Below are positions 25,365 through 37,117 of a stretch of 62,000 nucleotides of DNA, one piece after another. The position numbers were made by a program, and so were the translations under genes. Within the stretch, counting starts at the first letter, position 1. Each line of letters starts with the position of its first letter. The notes under the pieces are model-generated. The model was not told where the DNA came from. It worked only from the letters and a program-made list of their open reading frames with translations, and did not search any database. This DNA is from Wallemia ichthyophaga EXF-994 (lineage: Eukaryota > Fungi > Basidiomycota): positions 82,001-144,000 of the forward strand of contig NW_008806284.1 in NCBI RefSeq assembly GCF_000400465.1, given 5' to 3'.

Positions 25365-26264
25365 TCAATCACGCCTGTAGCGGTATCTTCTAGATGGACG
25401 AGGTGTGTCTGCTGAACATCTTGGATCGACGTATGGTGGTGGATCAGGATAGAAGAAATCTTTGCGCCTCCATTCCAGCAGCCAGTGTAGGTATTTTAGG
25501 CATTCAATGTCAAATTTACTAGCCCTCTCCATGTCGTCGACGAGATCGATTCTGTCGACGACAGCCAAATTTACAGTCAGCTTGTTGAGCGTATATATCT
25601 CATTTGCGCTTCTAGGTAGGGTGTCTTCTACCTTTGGCTCAGGTTTCTTCTTCTTGAAGCTATCAACAAAAACTTGCGCTCTGTCTGTTGGGGTTAATAT
25701 CAATTTAAGTAAAGCAAATCGTCGGATATCAACTCACAGATTAAAGAGCGTTTAAAGATTCTGTTGCTTTCTTTGCTGAGCGCCAAGTGTACTCTGGCTT
25801 GGAGGAAATCGAGTACGTCGCCGGCAAAGTCTTCGAAGTACTTGTTGAATACCATGTGGCGTATAGAGGCCTCTAGATCATCACATCCGTTAACAGCACT
25901 ACGATTGCGAATTCTATCAGATACAAAGCCAGCTTTGAGGAGAACTTGGGGCGTGATTTCCTGATCGACTTGTTCTCGAACTTCAGCGAGGAAATCTGTG
26001 ATGATATCCTTGTTCCTGTGGTATCTCAGGTCTAATGGTAACTTATCGCATCCTCCACAAACGCATTCATTGCGAAATGCTTTACAGTGAAGGACCTTGG
26101 TAGCTGGTGGGAGGTGAGTATCATAAACAGCAATCCCTATAGTGCCCACATATTGATCGTGGTATAGAGTTGGTCGTGAGTTGTCGTCTGCTGTTTGTTC
26201 GTTGAGGTTGAGGAATTGGGGGAACGAACACGGATTCAACCTTGTGAGAGTGTCTTCTTATCAT
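25365..26264 (-). CDS. Orphan protein, 266 aa, 3 exons, with a Cys/His cluster (block element 4)
   Basis: Exons 26264-26150, 26103-25738 and 25684-25365 with introns of 46 and 53 nt (GTGGGC..CTCAC..CAG; GTGAGT..TTAAC..CAG). The 801-nt frame is open from ATG to TGA and contains HCKAFRNECVCGGC. Confidence 0.75.
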
Positions 26265-26306
26265 CCTTCAACGCCTATTCGACTGCAAAGAACAAAAGGA
26301 ATCGCC

Positions 26307-27275
26307 TCAGTTATTTATGTCATTTCCCGGCGCTGGAATGGGGGCATCATATCTTAGAAATTTTAAAGAAGTGTCAGGAGTATTAGTGTATGTACTAATT
26401 AATTGCGGTGTAGAAAAGAAATATATGAGTATGTCTAGTATCGCCTATTATCGTCCTTGAAAGAGCTGATTATTTGGTGTAAGCTTCAAATAAGGTCTTA
26501 GTACTCGATATAGCTGAAGTCGAGGGAGAAACACTTCAAGCTATTCTTCGTATAGACCTCCATACACTTGATTCGTTCGACCGTGACAAGAGATGAAAAT
26601 TCATCGCTATTTTTTTCCCTTGAATACCCCAGTCACTGTCGCAGAATTAGTAGGCCTCACAAACAACACCGCAGACTGACTTAAGCGCTTCACTCTAACG
26701 CCATGAATGTGAAAAGCGATAAGACTGCGTACACGCACACGCACATCCACGAAAGCGACTAATTCTGTCTCTACTAATTGCATTTTGCTGAGCTTGATAT
26801 TTAGGAGTGCTTTGATAGTGAGGAGCTTGAAGCAGATAGTTTTTTGTTTATTTGCAAACATTGCAAAGGCGTACTGTGGCATTTCAATGAGATCGTTCTT
26901 GTCTGTGTGATCTCGAGAGGAGCTTGGCAGGGGCTACTAGATGTTCTGGGTGATTCCCCATCGAGAAGCAGCTGCAAGCTGATTTGCGTGCCACTACACA
27001 GCGCTCGAAACGCCTGGATTGGCCAAAACAGCTGCTCTCAGACGGCAGAGCTGGTTTTCCATGTAACGAGATGTCGCTTTAGCTTTAACTTTCGTCTCCG
27101 ACAAACAACTCATGGCATATTTCCAGATACTGTTGGCAAACACATTAAGAAATTGATGTTGGTTAATAACAATAATCGTTCTTGGATCCGCATCATCCGC
27201 ACCCATTGCAATTCGCGACTTGTGATCTGCAAAGATCTGTGCTTCGGTATATTCCAAGATGCCGACATATGACAT
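26307..27275 (-). pseudogene. Frame-preserved, nonsense-riddled orphan ORF (block element 5)
   Basis: ORFs 26994-27275 and 26607-26882 share a frame, separated only by TAG 26994 and TAG-TAG 26934-26939. The frame can be followed to TGA 26307 with five further stops; this 3' extension is weaker. Confidence 0.55.
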
Positions 27276-27432
27276 AATGGGAAATGTAGATCACTTGGCT
27301 TGGCTTATGCATGTGATAGTCACAATCTTAATATATTCACGTAAAATTCAGTCGATTACAAGGTTAATTTGAGGGGTGTGTTAGAGTGTTTCATTTTATG
27401 ACACAACACATCGAAACACGACTCAGATAAAG

Positions 27433-27840
27433 TCACGTATACGATGAGTGACGTTCCTGACTCACTTGTCTGTCTTTTGAGCTATCTTTCACTTGCAATA
27501 AATGATTTGATGTACGCATCGATTCTGCAACTTGGACCATGTTTGCTGAAGACGATGCAACTGCGCCGTGGGTGAATTGCATATTTGGAACGATCATTGA
27601 TGTTGAAGGTACTGTTGATACTGACGTTAAAGCTGATGGTGTTGCTGCTTGGTGGAGCACACTGGCGGTATCCCCACCTCTCGACGCTTCTACTGTCGTG
27701 CTGCTAGCTGAGAGGTTCTCCAACTTGATATCATAGAGGGTACGCTCAAAGCTGATTTTTGGCTTGATACTCTTCGGACTTAATTTTTTGCGCTTGCTCA
27801 TAGTCCATTTTGCTAACCTGTCTAAAACAATCTCAAGCAT
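27433..27840 (-). CDS. Orphan S/T-rich ORF or fragment with NLS-like KRKK (block element 6)
   Basis: 135-aa ORF with a strong GTGAGT donor near its 3' end but no matching acceptor. It is in the same frame as the 27994-29439 frame. Confidence 0.35.
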   Translation of the reverse strand: MLEIVLDRLAKWTMSKRKKLSPKSIKPKISFERTLYDIKLENLSASSTTVEASRGGDTASVLHQAATPSALTSVSTVPSTSMIVPNMQFTHGAVASSSANMVQVAESMRTSNHLLQVKDSSKDRQVSQERHSSYT

Positions 27841-27993
27841 GATGGCGTTAGTGTCACTAGCGTGAATTCCTCAAAATCATCGACAGATGAAAGCATTCCT
27901 AGATGCTTGAGCTAGCTCCAAGTTGGCGTCATTCGTGATTTTCCTTTATAAATTATACATGAAAAATTTATACAACAAACAAGAATAAATAGT

Positions 27994-29699
27994 CTAAAAC
28001 CATCCCTGCCCTGCAAACTGCTCGATCAATCTGGCTTATTGACTCCTTGTCTTGGGAGCAAACTTGCACTCATCAAGTGATGGCTTAGGGATCCACGTCT
28101 CCATTGCGAACTTGCGATACTCTAACGGGGTGTAGTTCTACGCATTCTTCATATACTCAAACCATTAGCCTTTTTAGTTGATATCGATACTTGGCTTGTT
28201 AAGCAGTGAGCGTTCCTCTTCAATTTTCCAGCCTGCATTCATCTTTGCGTTGTGCTTTATGTACAAATTCACGATGTCTGAACACTCTGCGCTTTTTACT
28301 TTTCCATCATCAACAGAATCAATTACGAGCGGAAAAAGCTTTGGTATGCGCTGCGACAGCGAGTAGTTCGAACCTTCATTAAATGATGGATAGTCATCTA
28401 CCTCGGCTGCACCCTCTAATGTTCTCCATTTCGCTAGCACAGTCTTACCAGCAGCTTCTATCACCAACAATAATCCAGGCTGGTTTGCTACTCGCATCAG
28501 ACACTGGCTGTCTTCGTTATGGTTCCAGCAATGCTCATTATGATGTTCTTTGAAATCTGTCATCGCAATTACGCTTTCAACTTTAGGGTATTTGTCTTTT
28601 CTTTCTTAGCGAATATTTCCAAATACACGTAAAGCTTCCACTGCTTTGCCCTAAGAATCAATTTTGTGGTTTGATATACCCGTCCATGCCAAGTTTCCCA
28701 TTGATGAGTCTCTCAGCGTATGTAAACGCTCTGTATATGGCTTTTCAAAGCCTTTGTGATTAAATGAAACGCCATTAGCGTGGAGAGATGACAGCGTGTT
28801 AGTAAGACATAGTGTGTTTCTCATAACATGGACACCGTCATCCACAGTTATTTCAATGTATGGTTTGATGTAGATGTCGTCATAATTTTTAATTGGATTA
28901 ACTTTGCGCATTTGTGCTCGAGCTTTCTTCTTCTGACGTCTCTTTATAGCTTTGTTGTTAGGCAGTTTACATGTTACAATTTCACCTTTCTGAGCCAAGC
29001 TATCAATGAACTCGGCAGGGGCTAAATCTTTTCCTTCTTCTTCAAGTTTGTTAAGTAGTACATTCAGATTCATCTCTTTGAGACCAGTTTCCAAGTCTAC
29101 GCCTCTGGTCTTGGTATCGCAAAGAATATCAACAACCTTCTCAACCGTCTTTCTTTTCAGGTTTCTTCTGATATGTCAATTTCATGCTATCACAATAAAT
29201 TCAATGTCCTTGTTCTCATCATTAGATTCACCTTCCGCCGATGGCAGAGGAACAGAGACATCCCACCCAATCCATTCGTAGGGCTTGCATTGGGTCTCAC
29301 ATCTGCGCAGATTAATATGGAACTGAACCTTATCACGTTGATCTTCTTCAATTTTGAAACTAGCTGGTGTAGGAGCAGGTAGCTTGATAGAATGAAATTC
29401 TACATCCTTGTTGGTGGTGTATATCCGATATCTTTGCAATCTTAAACAAGGTGGATATCATAGTGTGAGATAGAGCACCAATGGAAACCTTCAGTTCCGT
29501 GCATGGGGCAGTCGTACTTGTTGAGCCATTTTCCGAGCCACACCTTGAATTCATCATTAAGGGCACAAGATTCTGCTAATTTGACGAATATTCAGCCCAG
29601 ATCTGTGCTCTGATTGAGCACGGACCTAACACAGCATCTGGATGCGATTTGGTCGAATATCTGTGTAAGGTTACCCAAGATGTTCAATCTCCGAAACAT
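27994..29699 (-). pseudogene. Large intron-poor orphan pseudogene, ~570 codons (block element 7)
   Basis: ORFs 29182-29439, 28651-29094 and 28174-28563 plus the tail to TAG 27994 form one 482-codon frame with 8 internal stops. An upstream segment (WLNKYDCPMHGTEGFHWC) joins through an inferred frameshift near 29415. Confidence 0.65.
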
Positions 29700-30101
29700 G
29701 GAACTACTGTCTTAATTCTCATTCGATACTTGCTGCAAGGGTCATAGGTCAATGTCAGCTACGTTGCAAACGAAAGTTTTGAGGAATGTTCAACTGCAAT
29801 TGCCCAAAAACTAGCTGTGAATAAGTTTAGAAAGTTAAATTAATCAGAACAACTTTTTAAAACAAAAGAAAGAAGATAAAGAAACATGAGGGACTTTCTG
29901 GATAGGGGTAAGAGTGGTTAAGTGTTAGGAAGTTGGTAGTTGAATAGTTGTTCAAGTGGATTGGGTTGGCGATATTGCTATTCAATTGGGTAAGTTGAGT
30001 ATAATAAATAGGCGTCGTATTCTGTTTATATGTGGCTTATGACATCGCTGTGAGGGAATTATGAAACAAATAACCAAATGCTCAGTTGAAGGATAAAGTA
30101 A

Positions 30102-33100
30102 TTAATTCTGCTCCAATCTGACTTGTGCCAGCACTCTCGATATCTCATTAGCTTGATCAGTCGACAAACCATCAAAGTTACCTGATGGCGTCTCTATCCT
30201 GCTTGGAATCTGTTGTTGAGAGAACGTTGCAGAGGTTGCTGAATTTGGATTACTTATATTCGAGTATTGTTGAATGTCCGCATTATTAGTTGGAGGTATT
30301 GAGATAGGATTTGGGATATTCTGTAATTTATTACGTGGATTGGTAGATAATGATCTAGCGTGTCTTAATCCTGTTGGATGATTTGGTTGACTTTGCTGCG
30401 CATATATTGAGCCTGAGCTCCCAATCGCTTGACTATTGTTAGAAAGTGGTGGTGAGATTGGTGAAAAGAACTGTTGCTGATTCATTTGCGTATCCAATTC
30501 AGGTGGTGTCACTTGCGGTAACGATCTAGTGTGTGCGTGTCCACCCAAAGATGCAGATGATCCGAAAAATTTAGGATCTTGTTGCATTACTCCACCCACT
30601 GGTCCTCCGATAGAATAGTGGGATTGATGTCCCAAATGGCTCGGGCGCTGTGGTTTGTTGAACTCCCTCGGTGATGGCCTGCTCGAAGGGTTGGTACTTG
30701 AAGCATAATTACCGGTGCCTGCAGATGGATCTCCAACTACACCAGCATAACCTTGGTTCTGACCGTTGCTGCCAGTCGCATTTGGAGTCTTTCCAACCAA
30801 TGCACCAAGGTCAAGACTCTGAGCTCTTTGTGAAGCTAACGTACGTTGTGGCTGCTGTGGCTTCATCTTGGCCTCCATTATCGAATCTGTTCCTCTCTTG
30901 GCCGCCGTGTCTTCAGTAGTTTGGGCATAAGACTTGGTGGCGTCGGCAGCAGGTGGTATAGTAGGTCTACCATAGTGAGTTGGTGGCGTTGGCGGGCCCC
31001 ATACGTTTTGAGTATACTGTTGCTCTTGAGCTTGTTGACTAGCAGCGGCATAGTAAGCAGCAGCAGCTTGAGTTTGCTGAAGCTGTGCTTGGGAAGAAGC
31101 CGAGTTAATGGCCTCCTCACCGATTCCACCATAAGGCGATGACATTGCAGTATTTGAATCAGGGGATGACACAGTCGATCCTGGATAACCACCGCTACCA
31201 TCGTTACCAAACAGTGCTTTGACGTTAGGTGTTGATACAGCTGCACGCAATCTTCTGCCCGATCCAACAGCACCTGTTTTGGTACCACCAAGTGTAGACG
31301 ATCCAGAGAAGTTTGGCTTTTGACCCATTAACGCAGCAGCGGAAGATCCACTTCCAATACTGTTGCTACTCAAAGTATTGTGACGAGATTCACCTGGTCT
31401 TGTAAACTGGGCACTTGCATCTTGGAAGCCATCGAAGGTTTCATTCGTGGGACTTTCTGTTGCAGGAATAATCTTTGAGTTAAATAACGGGAAAGCGCCG
31501 GCAAGAACATCCGCACGCATTGGCTGCTGTGTCGGGATAGTTGGTCTGGCGTGGAGAGGTACACCACGGCTTTTCAAGTAATCTTCGAGAGCATCTTTTG
31601 CTGCACCCAACATATCAATGTTAGAGCGTTGACAACGAACCTTGAAGGCCAAGTCTTCATCATCCTCGGACGCGCTGCTGGAATCTGATTGAGGAGAGCT
31701 GTTCTGGACATTATCACTTGGCTTAGACAGCTGAGCTGGTGCAGAGATCGACACGTGTAAATCACTACGAATGGTGTTTAATAGCTCAGCAAATCTATTA
31801 TCGTTGACAGCAGTCTTGATTTGGCTAGAGCGAGGAGCCAAGTATTCAGCTTCGAATGGTACGTGATCCTGCTTATGGTTAGCCAAGTTAAGTTGCAAAC
31901 GTGCAACCCACTAAAACCATCGTCTTTGCAATGTTCACTTGATGCTCAGGACCAAAAATTGCAACCGAGTCAGTTGCCAACTCCTTGTCAGGAAATCTGA
32001 CAATACATCCAGTTTTAGATTCGATGTCGTGCAGAAAAATGGACTTTTCTCCAAGCAAAGTGCGATGATATTTCCTAGGTATCATAATACTTTCATTCGT
32101 ATAATCTTTATCTTTAGGATTGACTAATTCCATTACTGATTGTTTAAGATTTTCCAAATTCATGGCATTCTTCGCAGGCGTTCTTGAAATGACATTGTCT
32201 TCATTATCGCAATACCCGCCTAATGCGGCGAACTCATCAGCGTTTGAAAACTTGACGTACACGCCAAATTTCTTCATGATACGCTGGATGTTTTTACCCC
32301 CAACACCAATGATACGCTTGTGGTACACTTCAGGAACGTGGAAAGACATCTCTGCAGGTAACTCCTCTTGAAGCATAGACAAGCCACTCAAAGCACCAAG
32401 GTCTGAGCCGGCGACCTGGGATAATATGTAAGTTGAGCTGAATAGGGTGACAAAAGTAACCCACATCAATCAAGAAATTGTATTCAGATAAAGTCTCATA
32501 CTTTATTCTAACGTTTGCAGATTTCATGATCTTATTGATCTTTCCATTCTTTTTGCCTGAAATGAAATCACGGTGTTCATTGGCCAATTCAACCTGGAAC
32601 CTAATTTCGTGGTGAAAGCCTTGAACAATATCCAAATCCAAAACTCTCGCGATAGCGTCTCTAACAGAGGCATCGGAGCCGTGAGCCTCAAAGCAATTAG
32701 ACTTGAGTACGATCTCAGCACCCGATTCTAAAGCTAATTTCTCGAGATCGCCTGGTGGGACAGTTGAAGGGTTGATAGAAGGAGGAGGAATCAATACGTC
32801 AAATGTAACTGGTAATAACCAGACACTCGCAACGTAATAAAAGCAGGCTAGTTGCATGACCGACCTTATGGTCCTTTCAATCGAAACTCTGTTATCGCCA
32901 AAGATTTGAATGATGGAGGCTTGTGAGCCAATGACGGGGAATTTGATGAAAGTACCGTTATCAGCCATGATAGTGCGCAGCTCATCAGCTTTTTCGAGGA
33001 CCAAAGCATCCAATTTTCTAGGTAAAAGAGCAGCGTCGCGACTCAAAACAGACTTTGAGTTGACTTTCTGTACGGCGACTTGTACAAGCATATCCTTAGC

Positions 33101-33884
33101 TCTTTGTACACCGAAGAAATCACCAGTAATGTGGATAAAGTTCCTCTGATCAGGTAAGCTAGCAGCTCTTGGTGAGGCATTACCGAGTACGCCTGCTAGA
33201 GGAGGAGGAAGGTAGATGTTTGTTTCAGTCTCCTCTTCAATGGTTCTAATGACAGAGCGTTTCTTTGAGGCGATAATTGGGTGTAATTTAAAGTCGATAT
33301 CAACCTTATCAGCGTGTAAGCCGTTCGATTGATCCATGGTAACTAGAACAGCAATCTTTGCATGCTCAATGGCCTCTTGGCCACCAACAATAGTGAACTG
33401 GACCATACGCTGCAATTGAAGACCATGCTGGAAATTTGAAGGGGGAAGTTCTTTCAAAGCAAAGTTTACACCAGTGAGGGAATTGAGGGAGATAATCTTG
33501 TCCTTGAGGGCGGTGGATAGACAGTCTAAGGGATGGCTGGGATTAAGGTCGTGTACGAGCAAGTCAGATTTTGGAATTTTGAGTTGCAAAAAAGACTTGA
33601 GGGGCAAGTCCCTGATGAGTTGTCCTCTGGCGTTGAGAACATTTTGGAAAGAGCCAGATAAGTGCCAGATAGACAGATTCGATTGTTGATGGTGGTTTAG
33701 AACGCAAGACTGAGATTGAGTGATGGAGCTAGAAAGCTTATCATAAGAATCCGTAGAATTATCAAATTCAAATAAGTAATCTTGATTGGGTAAATTAGGT
33801 AAAGGCAAGCTGAGAGATAAGTTGTAGAGATCTGCTAGGAAATGAGTGTGTGAGAATCATACGAATAGAATCGCACTTACCCAT
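30102..33884 (-). CDS. Multi-KH-domain RNA-binding protein (BicC/Mug60-like) with a long low-complexity Q/S/N tail
   Basis: KH GxxG loops HRDFISGKKNGKINKI, YHKRIIGVGGKNIQRI and YHRTLLGEKSIF. The 4-nt first exon (ATGG) is followed by a 46-nt intron 33835-33880. Confidence 0.85.
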
Positions 33885-34175
33885 AGAATCTAAAAATTGT
33901 AGTTTTATAATACCTTAGCTGGGTATATATTTTTAACTTTCACTGACGCTCCTTGACGGTCGTTCTTGTCTAAAGTGTGAACGGCGCTCTGAAGGGAGCA
34001 AATTGGATAAAAATTAAATTAGCAATTAGCCGGATAAGCTTCCTTTTCGGCGTTTTTTCTATTTTAATTTTATCCAAATTAAGAATTTTTTACATTTCAT
34101 TTTTAATGGTGGTGAAATTCTTAATCCGGAAGTTTAATCAACATTGTAGAAAAGGGAAATTTAATACATTTTGCT

Positions 34176-34492
34176 TTAACCTACACGCTTATTATTATCA
34201 ATCTTAATCTTCTTTTTTTGTCTTTCTGCGAGTGCGTCTGCATCTTCTAAGCGTTGTTGAGCGGCAAAAATCTTGTAATATTTCTTATCTAACTGCAAAC
34301 TACCTTGTTTGAATGTATCTATGGCTGACTCATTCTCTTTCTCAGTGAATGACTCGGCTATGTATGTCTAATGAGTCAGGCACAATCACCCACCTGTTCT
34401 GCCTTGGATGTCTGTATATCATTATCATCATCCTCCCATGGGTTTTTCTTTCTTTTTTTTAGCTACTGCGCTTCTTCTTGGGGATAACGGCA
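34176..34492 (-). pseudogene. Small orphan gene with premature TAG, or an unresolved gene model
   Basis: MPLSQEEAQ*LKKRKKNPWEDDDND..., a short intron-like segment, then AESFTEKENESAIDTFKQGSLQLDKKYYKIF...RVG*. The splice phase is not cleanly resolved. Confidence 0.35.
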
Positions 34493-34760
34493 TTCCATAA
34501 TATCTTCAACCAGGTTGTTGCATTTGTGAACGCGGTCTTGGTTTTGTGTGAGTGGATTCATTGTAATAGTACTTGTAATCTTTGTTACATTTTTATAATA
34601 GACGCTTGCCCCCTTTTTTATATACTTATATTTGCCTAAACCATTTAGAACATCTCATGTCACCGCGCAGCGCAACCTCCCTGCAAACAACCCAAGCAAT
34701 AAATAAACGTATGCATTTATGGGATCTATCTATATGACATTAGCCAAAACCAACTAAATC

Positions 34761-36928
34761 TCAATTTAAGCGACTCTTTTTGGATTTCGACTTGACGCTT
34801 TGTATCAGCGAATCGATCGATGGTGCGTTGTTGGCAGCAACATCGTCTCCATCTCTCTGCGATCTTCTCGATCTCTCCGCTAACAACTTTTTCATGCTCT
34901 TTGTCGGCTTGAAGCTGTTTGATAGTTAGTGGGTGAAATATGAAATATTTCTCAGCACTTGACTCACTTTGGCAGTGTTGGATCAATTGCATACTGGTGA
35001 TCCTCCAAGACGTTCTTGAATCTATCATCATCGACGTTGATTTCAAAGTTATCTTCAGCATCACCGTCATCGTTACCTTTCGATTTCTTGTTGTGTTTGC
35101 GCTTTCTGCCTTGCTTCTTTTCACTCTTGATGATATCGTCCATGTCAAAGTGTTTGGCATCGTCTTTCTCATTCGTGAGTAGCTTGAGTTCGTCAGCTGT
35201 TGACTCCACTCTGCCGCTATCCTGTGCATCCTCTTTATCCTCTATCTTGCTCTTCCTTTCATCTTTCTTGTATGGCTTTGCGATGGCTGCACGGTCATCC
35301 TCAGCAGCTCTGTTGTCGAAGGCAGCCTCATCCTCACTGCCAGACTGGAAGAAGTCGTCGTCAAAGCCAGCCTGGTCGCTAGGTTTCTCTTGCTGCTCCA
35401 TTTGCTCTTGATGCTCGCTATCGTCGTCTTGCATCTGGTTCTTTCTCTTGTCTTTCTTAGCATCCTTCTTTGCCTTCTCCTTCTTCTTGTATCTCTCTAG
35501 CGTTGTCATGTTCTCATCACCATCACTATCCTTACCCTTCTTAGTGTTCTTCTCGCTCAACCCAGGCGCAAACGTAACTTCCATCTCTCCTTCTCTATCC
35601 TTTTTGCCACCCCTGAGTTCACGAGCGTCACCTTGTTCTCCACTAAGAGCAGCTCTCAGCAAAGCCGCTCTTCTCTGGTTTTCCTGCTCGTTTTCGCTCT
35701 CGTCCTCACTCTCAGAGGCGAGATAAGCCTTAAAGTCATTCTGCTCGATATCTTCCTTGTTCATACGCTTGCGCGTGAGAGCCACCCTCTTGTCGTCATC
35801 CTCATCCCAAGTCAGCTTGACCTTGGAGTGGCGCAAAGCGGGTGTCTGGAAATCGACGCCTCTATAAGACTCACTTGAGGTGTTAGCCTGATCGCGTATA
35901 TCATCTTCCTCAAACGCCACGCCATCAGGCACGACCTGGAACTGGAGAATATTTGCAGTGCGTTCGATCTCCGTGTTGTGAGCTTCACTGAACAGCTTGT
36001 GGGCAGCCTTGCTAGACGAGAGTGTGACGATAGCGTAGTAGTAGCGCAATCTGCCCAATTGATACTCCCTCAGTGCTGATTCAGGGTCGAGTTGACGTTC
36101 TTTACCTTTCTTCGTCTTGTTGGCACCTATCAGAGTGGGTCCGGATTGCTCCTCGTGCTCTATACGGTTCTTGCCAAATTGCGACATGTACACACTAACA
36201 TTTTTCAGCGCCTTCTTGTGCTCTGTGCCTTGGAGAATGGAATCAAGGGCGACGTAGATGTCCTGTGCGGAGAGGTGGTCCCAGTCGAGATTGGTGACTG
36301 CTAGACGAGAAGTGAAGTCGATGGTATCGTCATCGTCTCCGTCCTCTGCGTTTTCATTATAGGCTTTAGCCTGAGCGTCTAAACGACGCATTTCATCTTT
36401 GATCTCGTCGTCATTCAAGGATTGGGGGATTTCGTCGTCATCATTATCATCGTCGTCGCTGTCTTCGTCCTCGTCATCAGAACCTACGAGTTGGTTTTCG
36501 TAGTTTTCAGGCTGGAGCTCGACCTCGTCGTCAGCGCTGGAGTCTGAAGAGGCAGAATCAGAAACTGAATCAGAGTCTGAGGAGGAATCAGAGTCAGAGT
36601 CTTCCATGATAGCTTCACCGCGTGCATAATCCATGGCAGATTTGGGTTGTTGTGGTTGCTCAAGTTCGTTCAGTTGGTCACGCTGCTGCCTTTCCTTCTT
36701 AGCAGCCTTCTCATCATCTTTATTGATATTATAAAACTGCTTAAGCTCGTGTGCGCCATCCTTAGGCTTAACTTTACGACCAAACTTATCGACCTTGGAA
36801 GTAGATTGAAAGTCGAATAAATCTTTGAATCTATCGTCTAAGACAACTTTCTGTTGATTCTTCTTTGTTTTATGGAACTTTGGGTTGCTCGCTGTCCCGC
36901 TGAATCTTTTATCTCCGGTTGGCGGCAT
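34761..36928 (-). CDS. ESF1: Pre-rRNA-processing protein Esf1
   Basis: DKRFSG...KVVLDDRFKDLF; TSRLAVTNLDWDHL; LREYQLGRLRYYYAIV; NUC153 FEINVDDDRFKNVLEDHQYAIDPT. The last exon follows a gtgagt...cag intron. Confidence 0.95.
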
Positions 36929-37117
36929 CGTGGTGGGAGATGAAGGAAGACGGGTGCTCTACAATACCAGAAATGCCAGTAAACCTAGTAATCCCAGTAT
37001 TCCCGGCACAACTCACACTATCCTCCACTCCACGCCCTTAAACCGCCCTTAAAATTTAAAGTCCCCCACTTTACCCTTTTTCCTGTTCACTGAAGATCCT
37101 TGAAGAAAACAAGACAA

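Noticed and set aside
22850-28137. Shared NYTPLE..K peptide between element 2 (~22860) and the element 7 tail (~28130)
   Set aside because: A single 6-mer match with dissimilar DNA and flanks is plausible by chance. It needs an HMM test before paralogy can be claimed.
21885-29699. Alternative genetic code (TAA/TAG = Gln, ciliate-type) for the island
   Set aside because: Internal TGA stops also occur (29182, 29176, 26601, 22047), and normal CAA/CAG codons are abundant. C->T decay explains all three stop types.
21560-30100. Terminal inverted or direct repeats, or a TSD, bounding the island
   Set aside because: None visible by eye at either end and no transposase motif, so the block is not called a mobile element.
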